DNA of 64,000 nucleotides from Octopus vulgaris (lineage: Eukaryota): the NCBI GenBank assembly GCA_951406725.2, contig OX597819.1, positions 99,014,001-99,078,000 on the forward strand. Direction: 5' to 3'. Each line of letters begins with the position of its first letter. Position 1 is the first letter of the stretch. Of this stretch, positions 1-13,398 are shown in pieces. Position numbers and translations under genes: made by a program. The notes under the pieces were generated by a model. The model was given only the letters and a program-made list of their open reading frames with translations, did not search any database and had not been told where the DNA came from.

Positions 1-16
1 AAACTGTATTTCCTTT

Positions 17-384
17 ATTCCTTTATTCTTTTATTCTTTTACTTGTTTCAGGCATTTGACTGCGGTCATGCTGGAGCACCACCTTAAGTCAAACAAATCG
101 ACCTTGGGACATATTCGAACCATTAAGTTTTGGGGACGTAAACACACGGACATCGGTTGTCAAGTGATGGTGGGGGACAAACAAAGATACACACACACAT
201 ATTTATATATATGTATACTACGGACTTCTTTCAGTTTCCGTCTACCAAATCCACTCACAGAGTTGTGGTCGATCCGAGGCTATAGTAGAAGACATTTGCC
301 CAAGATGCCACGCAGTCGAACTGAATGAATTCGGAACTATGTGGTTGGGAAGAAAGCTTCTTACCACGCAGTCACTGTTGCGCC
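17..384 (-). mobile_element. tRNA-derived SINE, group A
   Basis: Reverse complement of the GGCGCAGGAGTGGCTGTGTGGTAAG...GGTTCAGTCCC A/B-box head and the CAAATGACTGAAACAAGTAAAAGAATAAA tail seen at 15721-16141. Confidence 0.85.
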
Positions 385-940
385 TTTGTCAAAGATTTGT
401 TTTCCTCTTCTTGTTCAGAAAACCTCCGAGTAATTCTTACACATTTGGGGTGGAGAACCTACTATATCACGCAACCGTCTTCCACCCCTTTCGTCAATAG
501 AATAATGTTATCCTGCTGATTGTTTCTAACACACTATTATAACTACAGCGTTTATACTCCCTGTGTCTTTTCTTACTATTACTGTTCTTTCAAAAAGCTT
601 TATATCACCTCCTTCTCTGTCTCTCTCTGTCTCTCCGCTCACTCTCTTTCTTTCTTCTTCTTTCTCTCTCTTATTCTCTCTCTCTCTTTTTTCTCTGTCT
701 CTATTTTTCTCTTTCACTCTACACTCACGCATACAACCCAACACTCACTTGTCCACCTCTCGTGATTCCATCCACTTCCATCTTGTCTCAACATTTCGCC
801 TAAACATTTATCACAAGAAATACGTATTTCTATTTCCCTTAGCTCCTTCTTTCTTTGTTGCTACCAACCTCCACAACTACAATATGGAGGTCAACCACAT
901 CAATAACGACCAGTCTAAAGAGTTGTACAAAATCTTTTGT

Positions 941-1727
941 CACTGTTCAAAAGTAGTACAAAATACTACTTATAATACTGGACAGCAAAGGTTTTGCTAC
1001 TGGGGTAAAAGCATGTGTTTTAGACTAAATTGGGAATGCTGATTCCGAATCCGCACTCAGAATTGTTATAGTACGTCAGGCTTTTGTGTAATGTGCATGC
1101 GCAAGATTATAACTGTACTTTCGGCTAGATAAAAGCCGTATGATAAAATTTGCTAAAATGAAAGCGGTCTTAATTCAAAATTAAAGAAATAACAGCAATA
1201 AAACAAACGATGAGAAAGTTCATTCTTTAGTTTAGCAAGAGATGGCGCTGACGTATTGTGTGCAAGCGCCAAATGCGTCAGTCAGTTTGTTCTTGGTAAT
1301 TCTCAGTGTCGTCTGCGCTGCCATTACGTGTAGTATGTGTATCTCACGCTCTGTGTGATTACTGTTTTAACTGCGTTCATTGTGTTAGATCATGAATAGG
1401 AGAAGCTGCGTGCGTCACCCAGACAACTTTTGTTGTGTCTGTGGAAAAATATTGCCACCAAATTATAAACTGCTTATAAGTATTATTTCGGGTGTAAAGT
1501 TGAAGACTAAGACAAGAGGTGGGCACCTCATATATGCTTCACCGTGTGTTACTCAGAGCTTACACTGTGGCTGAATGGAAAACGGAAGGTAATGTCTTTC
1601 ACTGTAGCAATGGTATGGCGTGAGCCAACCAATCATGTCTCTGATTTTCATAACTATTCCTGATACGAATACCGTATTAATATATAATTATGCGCATAAC
1701 TCAAAATCCTGACGTGCTACAGCAATT
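941..1727 (+). mobile_element. Chapaev3-like (CMC) DNA transposon remnant with frameshifted transposase N-terminus
   Basis: Starts CACTG; 1392-1650 reads RSCVRHPDNFCCVCG then, after a frameshift, AYKYYFGCKVED*DKRWAPHIC..WLNGKRKVMSFTVAMVWREPTNH; imperfect inverted repeat 1061-1098 / 1690-1727. Family call is from recalled motifs. Confidence 0.65.
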
Positions 1728-1812
1728 AAAAAAATATCTACTCCAAGTATTATATATATTTCATTTCTTTTACAGTAACGTTACGTCTTCTTTTATTGTA
1801 TGCACATAATAT

Positions 1813-1814
<2 letters not shown>

Positions 1815-1873
<59 letters not shown>
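1815..1873. repeat. (CA)n microsatellite
   Basis: Direct reading. Confidence 0.95.
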
Positions 1874-1877
<4 letters not shown>

Positions 1878-2840
1878 TTATTCTTTAAGAAGAATGTTGT
1901 TGACAGTGACTTCGAAGTTTCGGCCAATTAAGCCGTCGTCGAACTGTGATGTATTTGTATATGTAAACATACATATATACAAACATATATGCATATGTGT
2001 GTGTTGTGTGTGTTTGGGAGGTGTATTTATATATAACTGGTTAAAAGATGCTAGTGCAAGCATACAATAGGTAAGCACCGAATTTGTGCTCACACTGATC
2101 GAATTCTTAAACACCAACTTCTTAATCAAGGAAAGGTAGTCCATCAGTAAAACAGTTAGCTAGAAGAAATACTAGGTTCAAGCGAATTATTAGAGAGAAA
2201 ATATGAACCATTATAGATCAAAGGAATAATTCTATATTAGATGCTATATATGTAAATTATTAGATTTAAAAAGAACTTTACAGTTGTTTCAAAAATTCGG
2301 TGAATGTTTGATATTATAATGTATGTTACACAAACATAATAACGCAATATTACATAAAGCAAATAAGCAAAAAATATCATCAACTCGCACGATACTTGAT
2401 ACATGAATATCTTCATGTGATATCTCATAAACATTTGTCTGACATCCATCTGAAAAAAATGTTCGGGATCTGATACAGGAAGATACTTACTCACTGATTA
2501 AGCGTCATGCAAGTTTATAGTATTTTTGAATATATGCTTTTCATAAGACTTCCTCATTATGTACACCTATTTGCATAATATGCATTATAATATCAATCAT
2601 TCACTGAATTTTTTAAGCAACTGTAAAATTATGCTTATGTTCTGTAAAACATACCTAACATCTCACATAAATTAATTCCTTTTATCTCTCATTGATATTC
2701 TTCATCTTTTAAGTATATGTATGTGTGTGTGTTTGCATGTGTGTGCGAATGTGTAGGTGCGTGTGTGAATGTGTGTGTCTGTATACATACACAAGTACTT
2801 TCATACATACTTTCATGCACACATACATATATATATGTAT

Positions 2841-3385
<545 letters not shown>

Positions 3386-3429
3386 TATATATATACATAC
3401 AAATACACACACACATATACATACATACA

Positions 3430-3460
<31 letters not shown>

Positions 3461-3600
3461 GTAAAAAAGCTTATAATTTAAATATATATGCGCATGTCTA
3501 GATACATAACTATATGCAAGAGAATGCATACATGCATGCATATATACATACATACATACATACATACATGCATACATACATACATACATACATACATACA

Positions 3601-3631
<31 letters not shown>

Positions 3632-3738
3632 CCTACTGTTGATGTTGAAATTCCAATGAAAGAGCCTTGGATCTAGGTTAGAAACCGGTTCTTTCTCTAT
3701 TGGCAAGAAATCTTGAAATAAACTGAACAATGACATTC

Positions 3739-4915
3739 ATAGGCTATTCCACATGATATAGCCACTTGGAGAACGAATAAAACTGTAATCATTACTTATT
3801 AATCAAAACAAACTCCATTAGCTTCATCAAATTTTCCTCATTATCGTGGGAAGACTATATTTCTTCTATGAAATATTTATTATCTTTTGTTCAAATGTTG
3901 TCATTGCTTCTTTGTTTGCACACAATTTGTCACGGTGGCAAAATAAATGATAGTCTGTTGGGGATAATTCTAGAGATTGACGAGGACGATCCAATAATTC
4001 ATAAATAAGCTGCTGCAAATATATTTTCGTCTGATTTGCGATCTGGAGCCTTGAATTGTCATACCAGAGTATAGCCCCTCGTCTCATTATTAATGCCTGA
4101 CGTTTCGTAGCCAATTTAGAATTAACTTCCTTAATGTGGTAGCAGTAGGATTGGGACGTTACTGTTTCTCCTGGCCGGAGAATCGAATAACAGATGATTC
4201 TTTGATAGCACCGCCACAGAAAAACCATAACTTTTTGGGGATGTAAAGAGGTTTTGAAACATGTTTTAAGGTAACTCTTCAATATCTAACCAACATGATG
4301 ATCATTTGCTGTTGTCATAAAAACACCTTTTTCGTCACAGGTGATTATTATTTTCAAAAAGTATTCCCTTTCGTTTCGCGTAAAAATAAATACAAAGACT
4401 GGCAAGCGATGCATCTTGTTTCCAGAGTTTAATTCCTGTGAATTAAACTCTGAATTTGTCCCTCTTTTTCACTATACCAATCGTTGCAAGATGGCATCCT
4501 TCAGGTAATTTCGAAACCTTTAGATTATTAGCGGTTCTCTATTCAGATACATATATCATGATTGAAATTTATTGAATCATCTTCATCTTTTTTTTTCTTT
4601 TTTTTTTTTTTTTTTTCACAGAACAAGTTATCAATACCTTGCTATTTTCGATAGCTTGAAATGCATTTTTACCGAGTCTGAACTCATACAAAAGCAAAAA
4701 TCTAGTCTCTTTTAAGTATAGCATTTACAAAAGCAAAAGAAAAACGTTATAATATTCATATATAATCAGCAATAAATTTAAGATTTTCAAAAGCTGCGAT
4801 GTTAGTAAATAATACAGAAGAATGCATAGCAAAGGTTGATGCCTTAACATTTGCCAGACATGCCTTCATGGAAACAAATTTTAGAAAGAGGCCACTTTAT
4901 GTTAGGATAACCTAA
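3739..4915 (-). mobile_element. Degenerate mariner (DD34D-type) transposon
   Basis: Minus strand encodes FLKIIITCDEKGVFYDN (~4315-4360), LHPQKVMV, GETVTSQSYC, ILWYDNSR, SLELSPTDYHLF; weak TIRs at ~3740-3767 and ~4887-4914; ~1.2 kb. Confidence 0.85.
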
Positions 4916-4924
4916 TGCGCGCGC

Positions 4925-5492
4925 ATGTATGTATGTATGTATGTATGTATGTATGTATGTATGTATGTATGTATGCATGCATGCATGCATGTATGTATGT
5001 ATGTATGTATGTATATGTATGCATGCATGCATGCATGTATGTATGTATGTATGTATGCATGCATGTATGTATGCATGCATGCATGTATGTATGTATGTAT
5101 GTATGTATGTATGTATGCATGCATGCATGTATGTATGTATGTATGTATGTATGCATGTATGTATGTATGTATGTATGTATGTATGCATGCATGCATGTAT
5201 GCATGCATGCATGCATGCATACATGTATGTATGTATGTATGTATGTATGCATGCATGCATGCATGTATGTATGTATGTATGCATGTATGTATGTATGTAT
5301 GTATGCATGTATGTATGCATGTATGTATGTATGTATGTATGTATGCATGCATGCATGCATGTATGTATGTATGTATGTATGTATGTATGTATGTATGTAT
5401 GTATGTATGCATGTATGTATGTATGTATGTATCTATGTATTTATGTATGTATGTATGCATGCATGTATGTATGTATGTATGTATGTATGTAT
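4925..5492. repeat. (TATG)n/(CATG)n compound microsatellite
   Basis: Direct reading; source of several spurious ORFs. Confidence 0.95.
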
Positions 5493-5950
5493 CTGCAATG
5501 ACTTAACTGAAACGATCATCTTTGTTGCTGCTATGCGACACACTAGTTGAAAGAGAAAATCAATTTAATACATCCAATACATCGTGTGAAATCCGAAACA
5601 ATATTCAGGTATTGATATCATATTCGTCAAAACAATCCGAAAGAGTTGTTATAATTTTCACCTGATTAAGAGTGACGAATCAATATCTAATCATTCAAAT
5701 GAATATTCGAGTATCAATATATTAATCAACAAATGTTTTATCAGATAAAGCATATGACAATCAAATATTTTTCTTTCAATTTTTGTTGGTTATTTTATAT
5801 ATCAACATTTAGTAATTTATATATCAACATTAGTTAAGAATGGATAGCTATTCTTAACTAATGCTGCTTCCATCGCTAATAACGAATAACGATAGTTTAG
5901 AATTTTAGTTTTTCACATAGAAGTCATAAAAATAGGGTTTCGTCATTATG

Positions 5951-6247
5951 TATTCTTTTATCTTTTATTTGTTTCAGTTATTACACTGCGGCCATACTGG
6001 GGCACCACCATGAAAGATTTTTATTCAACTAAATCGACCACAGTACTTAAGTTTTTTGCTAAGTCTGGTACTTATCCTATCGGTCTCATTTTCTATGTAT
6101 GAATATATATATATACAAATAAGAAAATGGAGGAACAGATCCATTTCAATCATCGACTTACAGATATTACCAATTCATATTATTTATTAACTACATAAAT
6201 AGGTTACACTCATAAGTGGATTACACTATATAACCCCTATCTCACTT

Positions 6248-6304
<57 letters not shown>

Positions 6305-6424
6305 GAGTAAGCACATAAATGTGAAACAAGGTGCAATAAAGAGTACTCCAATACCAGAGGTAGAGTAATATGGTTTATTTAAAAGCAGCAGTGTGTGTGT
6401 GTGTATACTCTAAATAAAGTATAT

Positions 6425-6469
<45 letters not shown>

Positions 6470-6625
6470 GATATACGACAGGCTTCTACCAAATCCACTC
6501 ACAAGGCTTTGGTTGGCCCGTGGCTATAGCAAACGGTACTTACCCAGGCTACTACGCAGTGGGACTGAACCCGGAACCATGTGGTTAGGAAGCAAGCGTT
6601 TTTCTCATCACACACCCATGGCTGC
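5951..6625 (-). mobile_element. Group A SINE split by (TA)n and two short inserted cassettes
   Basis: Tail half 5951-6090, head half ~6475-6625; unrelated segments ~6115-6250 and 6301-6391 lie in the internal microsatellite. Confidence 0.7.
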
Positions 6626-7290
6626 TGATCCACATTCTATTTTTTTTAAAAATAATGTTTTCATATCAGAAAATGCTAAAATATGTTGCAACGAAAAAAT
6701 TTTTCAAATAACAGTATTAATATCAAGTACAAAAGATAAAGTTTCATATTCTCCCGTGTTAAAGAAAACCCAAAGAAAATTTTGGAGTAGATACTTTTAC
6801 AGTAAAATGACAGTTTCTTTGGAGAAAAGTGCTTTGAGAGATTGATTTAAATTGTGTGTCAATACAAAGTAGTTTTGGAATCGTTGTAAAATATTTTTCA
6901 AACAACATTTTTTGTTGTTATTCAAACGTAAGATATATTTCATTTACTGCAAGAAATTCTAGAGCTGAAATACATACAGCAACAAAATTGATAAGGTTTT
7001 TATGAACTGCTAAAAGATAGATCTAAATGGAACTACTCAATCTTTATGTTGATCCTTGAATTTATTTCGTTCTTAGGATTGATTTGTATTCAAAAGATGG
7101 CATTGAAGTTTGGCTGAAAATCAACTATTTTGTGGAGGAGTGAGATCGGTGGTTGTCATCGGCAGCAGAACAGAGTACAAAGTAACAAAAAAATATTTTT
7201 ACTCATAGTGAATATTACGAAATTCGATTTATCATGGTTTGAACTGACAGTAATAGAAATAAATATAAAGATAGGTGATTAAGTAATGTC

Positions 7291-7667
7291 GTTTACTTGT
7301 TTCAGTCATTGGACTGCGGCCAAGGTAGGACATCGCCTTGAAGGGTTTAGTCGGACAAATCGACTCCAATACTTATAATTTTGTATTAGTCTCTTTTTGT
7401 CGAACCGCTTCGTTACGGGGGTGTAAAAAACCGACACCAAACGGTGGTGGAGGGTCAAACATAAAGGCACACACGTACACACACACACATATATATGTAT
7501 ATGTATAAATATATAACGAGTTTCTTTCCGTTTCCGTCAACCAAATCCACTTACAAGGCTCTGGGGTTGTAGTAGAAGACACTTGTCCAAGGTGGTAAGC
7601 AGTGGGACTGAACCCAACACCATATGGATAGAAATCAAACTTCATATACCACATAGCTACGCCGCAC
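7291..7667 (-). mobile_element. tRNA-derived SINE, group A (diverged)
   Basis: TTTACTTGTTTCAGTCATT tail, CCAAATCCACT core, GTGGGACTGAACCC B-box complement. Confidence 0.85.
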
Positions 7668-8049
7668 TTATGTTAATAGTTTTTACCATTAACCTAACTC
7701 ATTTACATCATTAGCTATCGCGAAAGAAGGCTTTAAATGATCTGATTATTTTTACATACCAATAGGTTCTGGGTTTCTTTGATTACATTTCTTTTGGACT
7801 ACGATAAATGGGCAAATTAAGATACAAAATGGCGATTTAAATTTTGACTATGTTTTTGCAAAGAAGCTAAATTAGAGAAATTTAGAATGAAATATGAATA
7901 AAATGTTTAATATTTTATTTGATGGTTTGTTGATCTGTGGAGAATTAATCAGAGAGAGCAGTGCTCTTGACGCGGAGACAGAATCGAAACTTCTCCCTGA
8001 GCAAACTAGATGATCGTCTAAGGAGCTCGAATCTAAGGAGCCTTATACA

Positions 8050-10330
8050 AATTCTGAACAAATTAAACCAACTAAAAGTACAAAAAATTAGTAACAGATA
8101 GAGCAAATGAGGTTATTCCTGGAGCTGAGGAGACGAGACAGACGTGTGGTGTTGGGGCTTGTCACATGCTTTTGGCGTACAGTATTTCAAATTTTGCTAG
8201 ATAGCATTTATTCAGTGATGGACTTGATTATAGCAGAAGACTCTTTTTGTTTGTAAGATGATTCTAATTTTCTGGTGCAAACAGGCTAGTAGTTGTAGAA
8301 AAACGAGTAGAGAAAAACTTGGAGAAAGGGTGCACACTGTACAGACTGGTCAAGGTGGATGAATATTCGGGTGCTAGCTCTGCTCAGCGGGTATAAAATT
8401 TGGCTAGATATACTTTTTGTTTTATCTAATTGTAATAAATGTTTAGCTAAGTCTTTTGTACCAGAACATATCTTCAGAAAACTATGATCATGTTTTTAAA
8501 TTCCATAGGAATTCAAAATGAGCTTTATCTACTACTCATTCACCCAAGCACTGTCCCGTAGGTTCAAATTCAGCCGACTTATTAGTTTCTTTTTGCCATA
8601 TCAAACTCTATCAAATATATATAAGTAATCTAATAAAGTGAACAATCATAACTGTACTGGGAAGGTAGGGAATCATATGCACATTGTTTCCTTTCTTTTC
8701 AATAAATCTTTGATTTGGAATTGCACTTCGACAAGAAATAATCTAAACACTTTTTTATTTCCAATTTCTGTTCCATTGTCTATGGAGTCCGGCATTTTTG
8801 TCAATATTGATTTTACATTCTTTCAATGAATTAAGTCCATATGAAACTAGACTCGAAGCATCTAGTCTGATATCAAAACTAAATTCTTTACTCGAAGATT
8901 TGAAGATAAATTCTGATTAGAAATCTACAGTCTTTGCTCTAATTAAAAATATGAAAGTTAATTACAGATTCAGAAGATATATAACTACCATCTTAATGAA
9001 ATTTCTGATGATAAGTATGCTATTATTTGTTTACAGAAGCATAAACTGAATGTCGTTTGCGGGGGTTGATCCATGCTGTGATGTTCATCTGTTGACACCT
9101 TAGTTACATATTTAAAATGAAGTTAAGCCGTCTGAAAGTAAAATAAAATCTCTCACGGTGCTCTGCAAAGCCACAATTTTATTATGATGAAATAAGCTGC
9201 ATAACATCCATGTTTGTTTCAAAAGTAGTAACTTGGATATTAAATATCTTGAACCAGGATTTGAAACCAAGTTTCACAGACTCTACATAGTGATGTATAG
9301 CGACTAAGTGAATGCCAGTCTTCGTCGGTTTCTCCTACAATCAATGAAATTCATTCTATTACGTTGCAGCTACTTGCAAATATAATAAAAAATAATCGAT
9401 TTCAATAAGTGTTCAACCCAGAAAATAGACTAGAGGAAATAAAATAGTATTTTGTTGCTCTGGTTGATTTAATTTTACTCCAGTTTGTTGTGAACATTTT
9501 CAAGATATTATAACGTAATCGTATAAGTCTTGTGTAGGTGTACTATAATATCGGCGAGTTACTGAGGAAAGTATATGCTTCAACTGAATTAGAGACTGAG
9601 ATGTGATTTTCTAGAATATACGTTATTTTAGTATTGCGAAGTGATTTTATAGCCTGGGCGTTTTATGAGGGGGGGAGTAACACTGTACTTGAAAGAGTTT
9701 CGTAGAAGATGTCCTCTCAAGGTTTATTATAGGTATTGGTATGTGATTGTGTAGCAGGTACCATATGATGTCTTATAGTACTGGGAGATAACTTTTTAGA
9801 ATGTACGTTGTACGATCTCTATCGTCTTCTCCCTAACATTGAGTTTCATAGTAGAGAATATTCCACGCATGTGTTAAATCTGCACAACAACAAATATCGA
9901 TACTACAAAGAATTTCTAGCTATATAGTGTAGTAGCAATAGATGGGGATGATAGCAAAAGTGATTAAGAAGCTGGACACATTCCATTAACGATGTTTAAG
10001 GGGGATATCAAAGTCGAGACAATTCCGAATGAGGACATCTTTCAATGAAAGAAATGCTAACCGCTGCAAAACATTATGGCTGGTTTTGTTTAATAGGCCA
10101 TACTTGATACTAACCAGATATTCGGCATGCAAGAATTACAATGATGTAGACATTGGAATATATAAATAAATAAATAAATAAATAAATAAAAAATAAGAAA
10201 ATGGCTGGCACAAAAACACTTGATGTTGAATATTTTCGGCAGGACGACCAGTTAGACAGTAACAGAGAGTACTGCAGTTGATCAACGATACTGACGAAAA
10301 CTTGCTGCCTAACCTTATATATCTCCCACC
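8050..10330 (+). mobile_element. Very old RTE-like LINE relic
   Basis: ~9965-10045 reads KKLDTFH*RCLRGI...IPNEDI, like the RTE C-terminal KLDxFHxRCLRxI..ISNEEV motif; the rest is heavily decayed and the extent uncertain. Confidence 0.45.
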
Positions 10331-10789
10331 TCGAGAGACTTAAGTCAAAATCTATACTGTGTGAGAGTATTTTGTAGTGTTGAAAAGTGATTGCCTTATA
10401 GTAGTGGGTGGTGAATGTATAGAATATGTACTGCGTGGGTTGTCATTGGGGTGGGAGTTATTGTACATATGTACTGGGTGATATTAAGGGAAACTTTATT
10501 GCGGAAAATGACCTATGACAGCAAAATGTATGTTCAATTATTTCTTTGGACTGATTGGATAGATTATAAAAAAGGAATATTAGCTCCCAGTTTTATTGCT
10601 ACATTTTGGCAGCTAGCTTTATGTCGCTAAGCATTGAACATCTAACAAATTATCTTGCCGTATTTTGTTATATGCCCCAACATTTTGAGTTCAAATCTCA
10701 CCAGAAAGAAAATTGCCCGACAGCTTTCTGAGATTGCTAATATAAGTACGTCCAGTAATGCAGGCGATTTAATTAACCTAAAACTAATA

Positions 10790-10822
10790 TTATTATTGTT
10801 ATCATCATCATCATCATCATCA

Positions 10823-10866
<44 letters not shown>

Positions 10867-10890
10867 GTTATTATTATTATTATTATTATT

Positions 10891-10943
<53 letters not shown>

Positions 10944-10953
10944 TATTATTATT
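10790..10953. repeat. (ATC)n/(ATT)n microsatellite
   Basis: Direct reading. Confidence 0.95.
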
Positions 10954-11685
10954 GAGTGAGAGAGCAGTGCATGTCATCAAAGTGACACTGGAGTAAAATA
11001 TACGAAGCCCAGTACACCCATCATGACTACCCGTCTGATAAGGGTACACCAGGCATATGCATCACAACCATTTGTGCGCGACATGGTGATCTCATATCAA
11101 GATAAACAGCATATGACCTTGCAGGTGGGGCCCAGTTAGAATTTTCTTCAGGTCGAGTAGCCCATCCTGCTCAAAAGGTCCCTGAATAAGGATTGTTTAA
11201 GGATGTTGAACAAAACATCCTTGTTTCCAGAGGTGAATTATTCAAACCCCAAAGAATTCCTCTCACCACATGTCTATGATACTTCCCCACTACTTCTGAT
11301 CAGAGATGCACATATCGTCAGCCACTAAAGGACATGATCAACTGGTTAAGGTCAAACAACCGACAAGCAAATCTGTGGTATTGAGCAGCATATCTGCTGT
11401 AGCCCATCTTTTACACCAAGACAAAACAATGTACATGATAACACTTCCAATCAGTTAAGATCAGAAGCCATGAGAGCCACTGCCTGGTACATGGCACTGC
11501 ATCAGGACATTGGTCAACTGGTTATGGTCAAACAACTGACAAGCAAATCTGTGGTATTCAGCAAAATATTTGCTGTAGCCCATCTTTTATACCAAGACAA
11601 AACAATATACATGATAACACTTCCAATCAGTTAAGATCAGAAGCCATGAGAGCCACTGCCTGGTACATGATACTGCATCAAGGCA
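10954..11685 (-). mobile_element. Non-coding ~530-bp (AAT)n-flanked element with a duplicated 5' part
   Basis: Reverse complement of 26738-27271; 11511-11685 repeats ~11336-11510; (ATT)n on both sides. Confidence 0.8.
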
Positions 11686-11687
11686 GC

Positions 11688-11765
<78 letters not shown>

Positions 11766-11795
11766 TCTATCATCATCATCATCATCATTATTATT

Positions 11796-11866
11796 GAGTG
11801 AGAGAGCAGCGCATGCCATCAAAGTCACACTCGGGTACAAATATACGAAGCCTAATACACCCATCA
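11796..11866 (-). mobile_element. 5'-truncated copy (3' terminal ~70 bp) of the same element
   Basis: GAGTGAGAGAGCAGCGCATGCCATCAAAGT... matches 10954-11024; ATT-repeat flanks. Confidence 0.8.
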
Positions 11867-13090
11867 TATTATTATTATATATAGTAATACTAATTAAGCA
11901 CTGGTGTCGATGTAATATTGGTATTTATTCCATATTTTTCTACAACATCCCATTCACACAATTCACATATTACAAAACCGATAGAAACGCATGTAGTGAT
12001 GTTGAAGCAAGTTATATAAAGTTGAAAACGTCTGAAGAGACGTTATGCAATTTATTTAGGTCATATAGAAAATATTGAAATTTATATAAAATAATTATAT
12101 GATTATTTAACGACTCACTTATAATTACATTTCTAAATAAAACCACACAGATATAATTTTTAAAAAATAGGCCAGAACTCTGTGTTATTTTGCCTCTCTA
12201 ACAAAATACATTTCCTATCTCTCTATCCCTGTTTACAGAAGTTGGTCGCAGTTCCAGTAATAAATGGAGTTAAAACACATGTTAAATCTGGTTAGCTTTT
12301 GTGTTTAATTTGAAAGGTCTGTTGGTCTAACTTGCCTGTTATTTTTTTCTCCATATTTTTAACTTGATTAGTATTTATTATGACTAATCGAATATGTCTA
12401 ATTTCACGTGTTATTTTCTCGATCGATTTTCTTTTACGGTTTTTAATTGAAGCGGTTATTATTTTTAAACAGATTAGTTTCTTTGTTTAGCTTGCTGGGT
12501 TAATGTGTTTACCCTTTTAGGTTGACGTGTTACAAAAAGCAGCTTACACTACACATATGCTACAACCCATTCTGCAGCAAGTGAAAACTACACAAGCTGC
12601 CGTCACTCATTCCCACTCTTACAGTTTAGTCACATGACGATGTGCTTGTAACCTGGAAAAGATAATCATAGGAAACAACAGCAAAACTGTTATTGATTAG
12701 GGGCAACAAATGAGAGTGGGGAATTATCGATATATTCTTTTAATATTCACTATAATCTATTGATTCGTTCAATGGAGGTTTATTTAAGATTTCATTTATT
12801 GCGGCGGTCTTTGATGAAAAAGCAATGAGAGGTGATACATATTAACATAAAGTAAAGCGCTATTATTGGTTGTTGTTGTTGTTGTTGTTTTAGAGGTGAG
12901 GGTAGGAGTTAATTGGCGGAATTTCATGTGTGTGTGTGTGTGCGTGTATATGTGTGTAGTTAAGTACTTTTCAATTTACAAACGAAAAGAAATAAGAGAA
13001 AAGTACTGAATTCATAAAATTCAATTTACATCTTTTTATATTTCAAATTAAAAGTCTGTGAGCATATGTATGTTTGTATGGATGAAAGTA

Positions 13091-13146
<56 letters not shown>

Positions 13147-13398
13147 TATATATATATGTACATATATATATATATATATGTACTATACACATGAACGCAC
13201 GCACACACAGACATATACATATTAACATATTAACATACACACACACACACACACACATATCATATATATATATATATATATATAGATACATATGTATTAT
13301 ATATTATATTTAATATGTATGTATACATATGTATATATATTATATGTACATATGTATATATACATATGTATATGTATATTATATATATATTTTTCAAA

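Noticed and set aside
4844-5550. Long ORFs of MYVC/HTYI repeats (also ~2717-3736, 43557-44228, 48897-49482 and others)
   Set aside because: Translations of (TATG)n/(TA)n/(TG)n microsatellites, which lack stop codons
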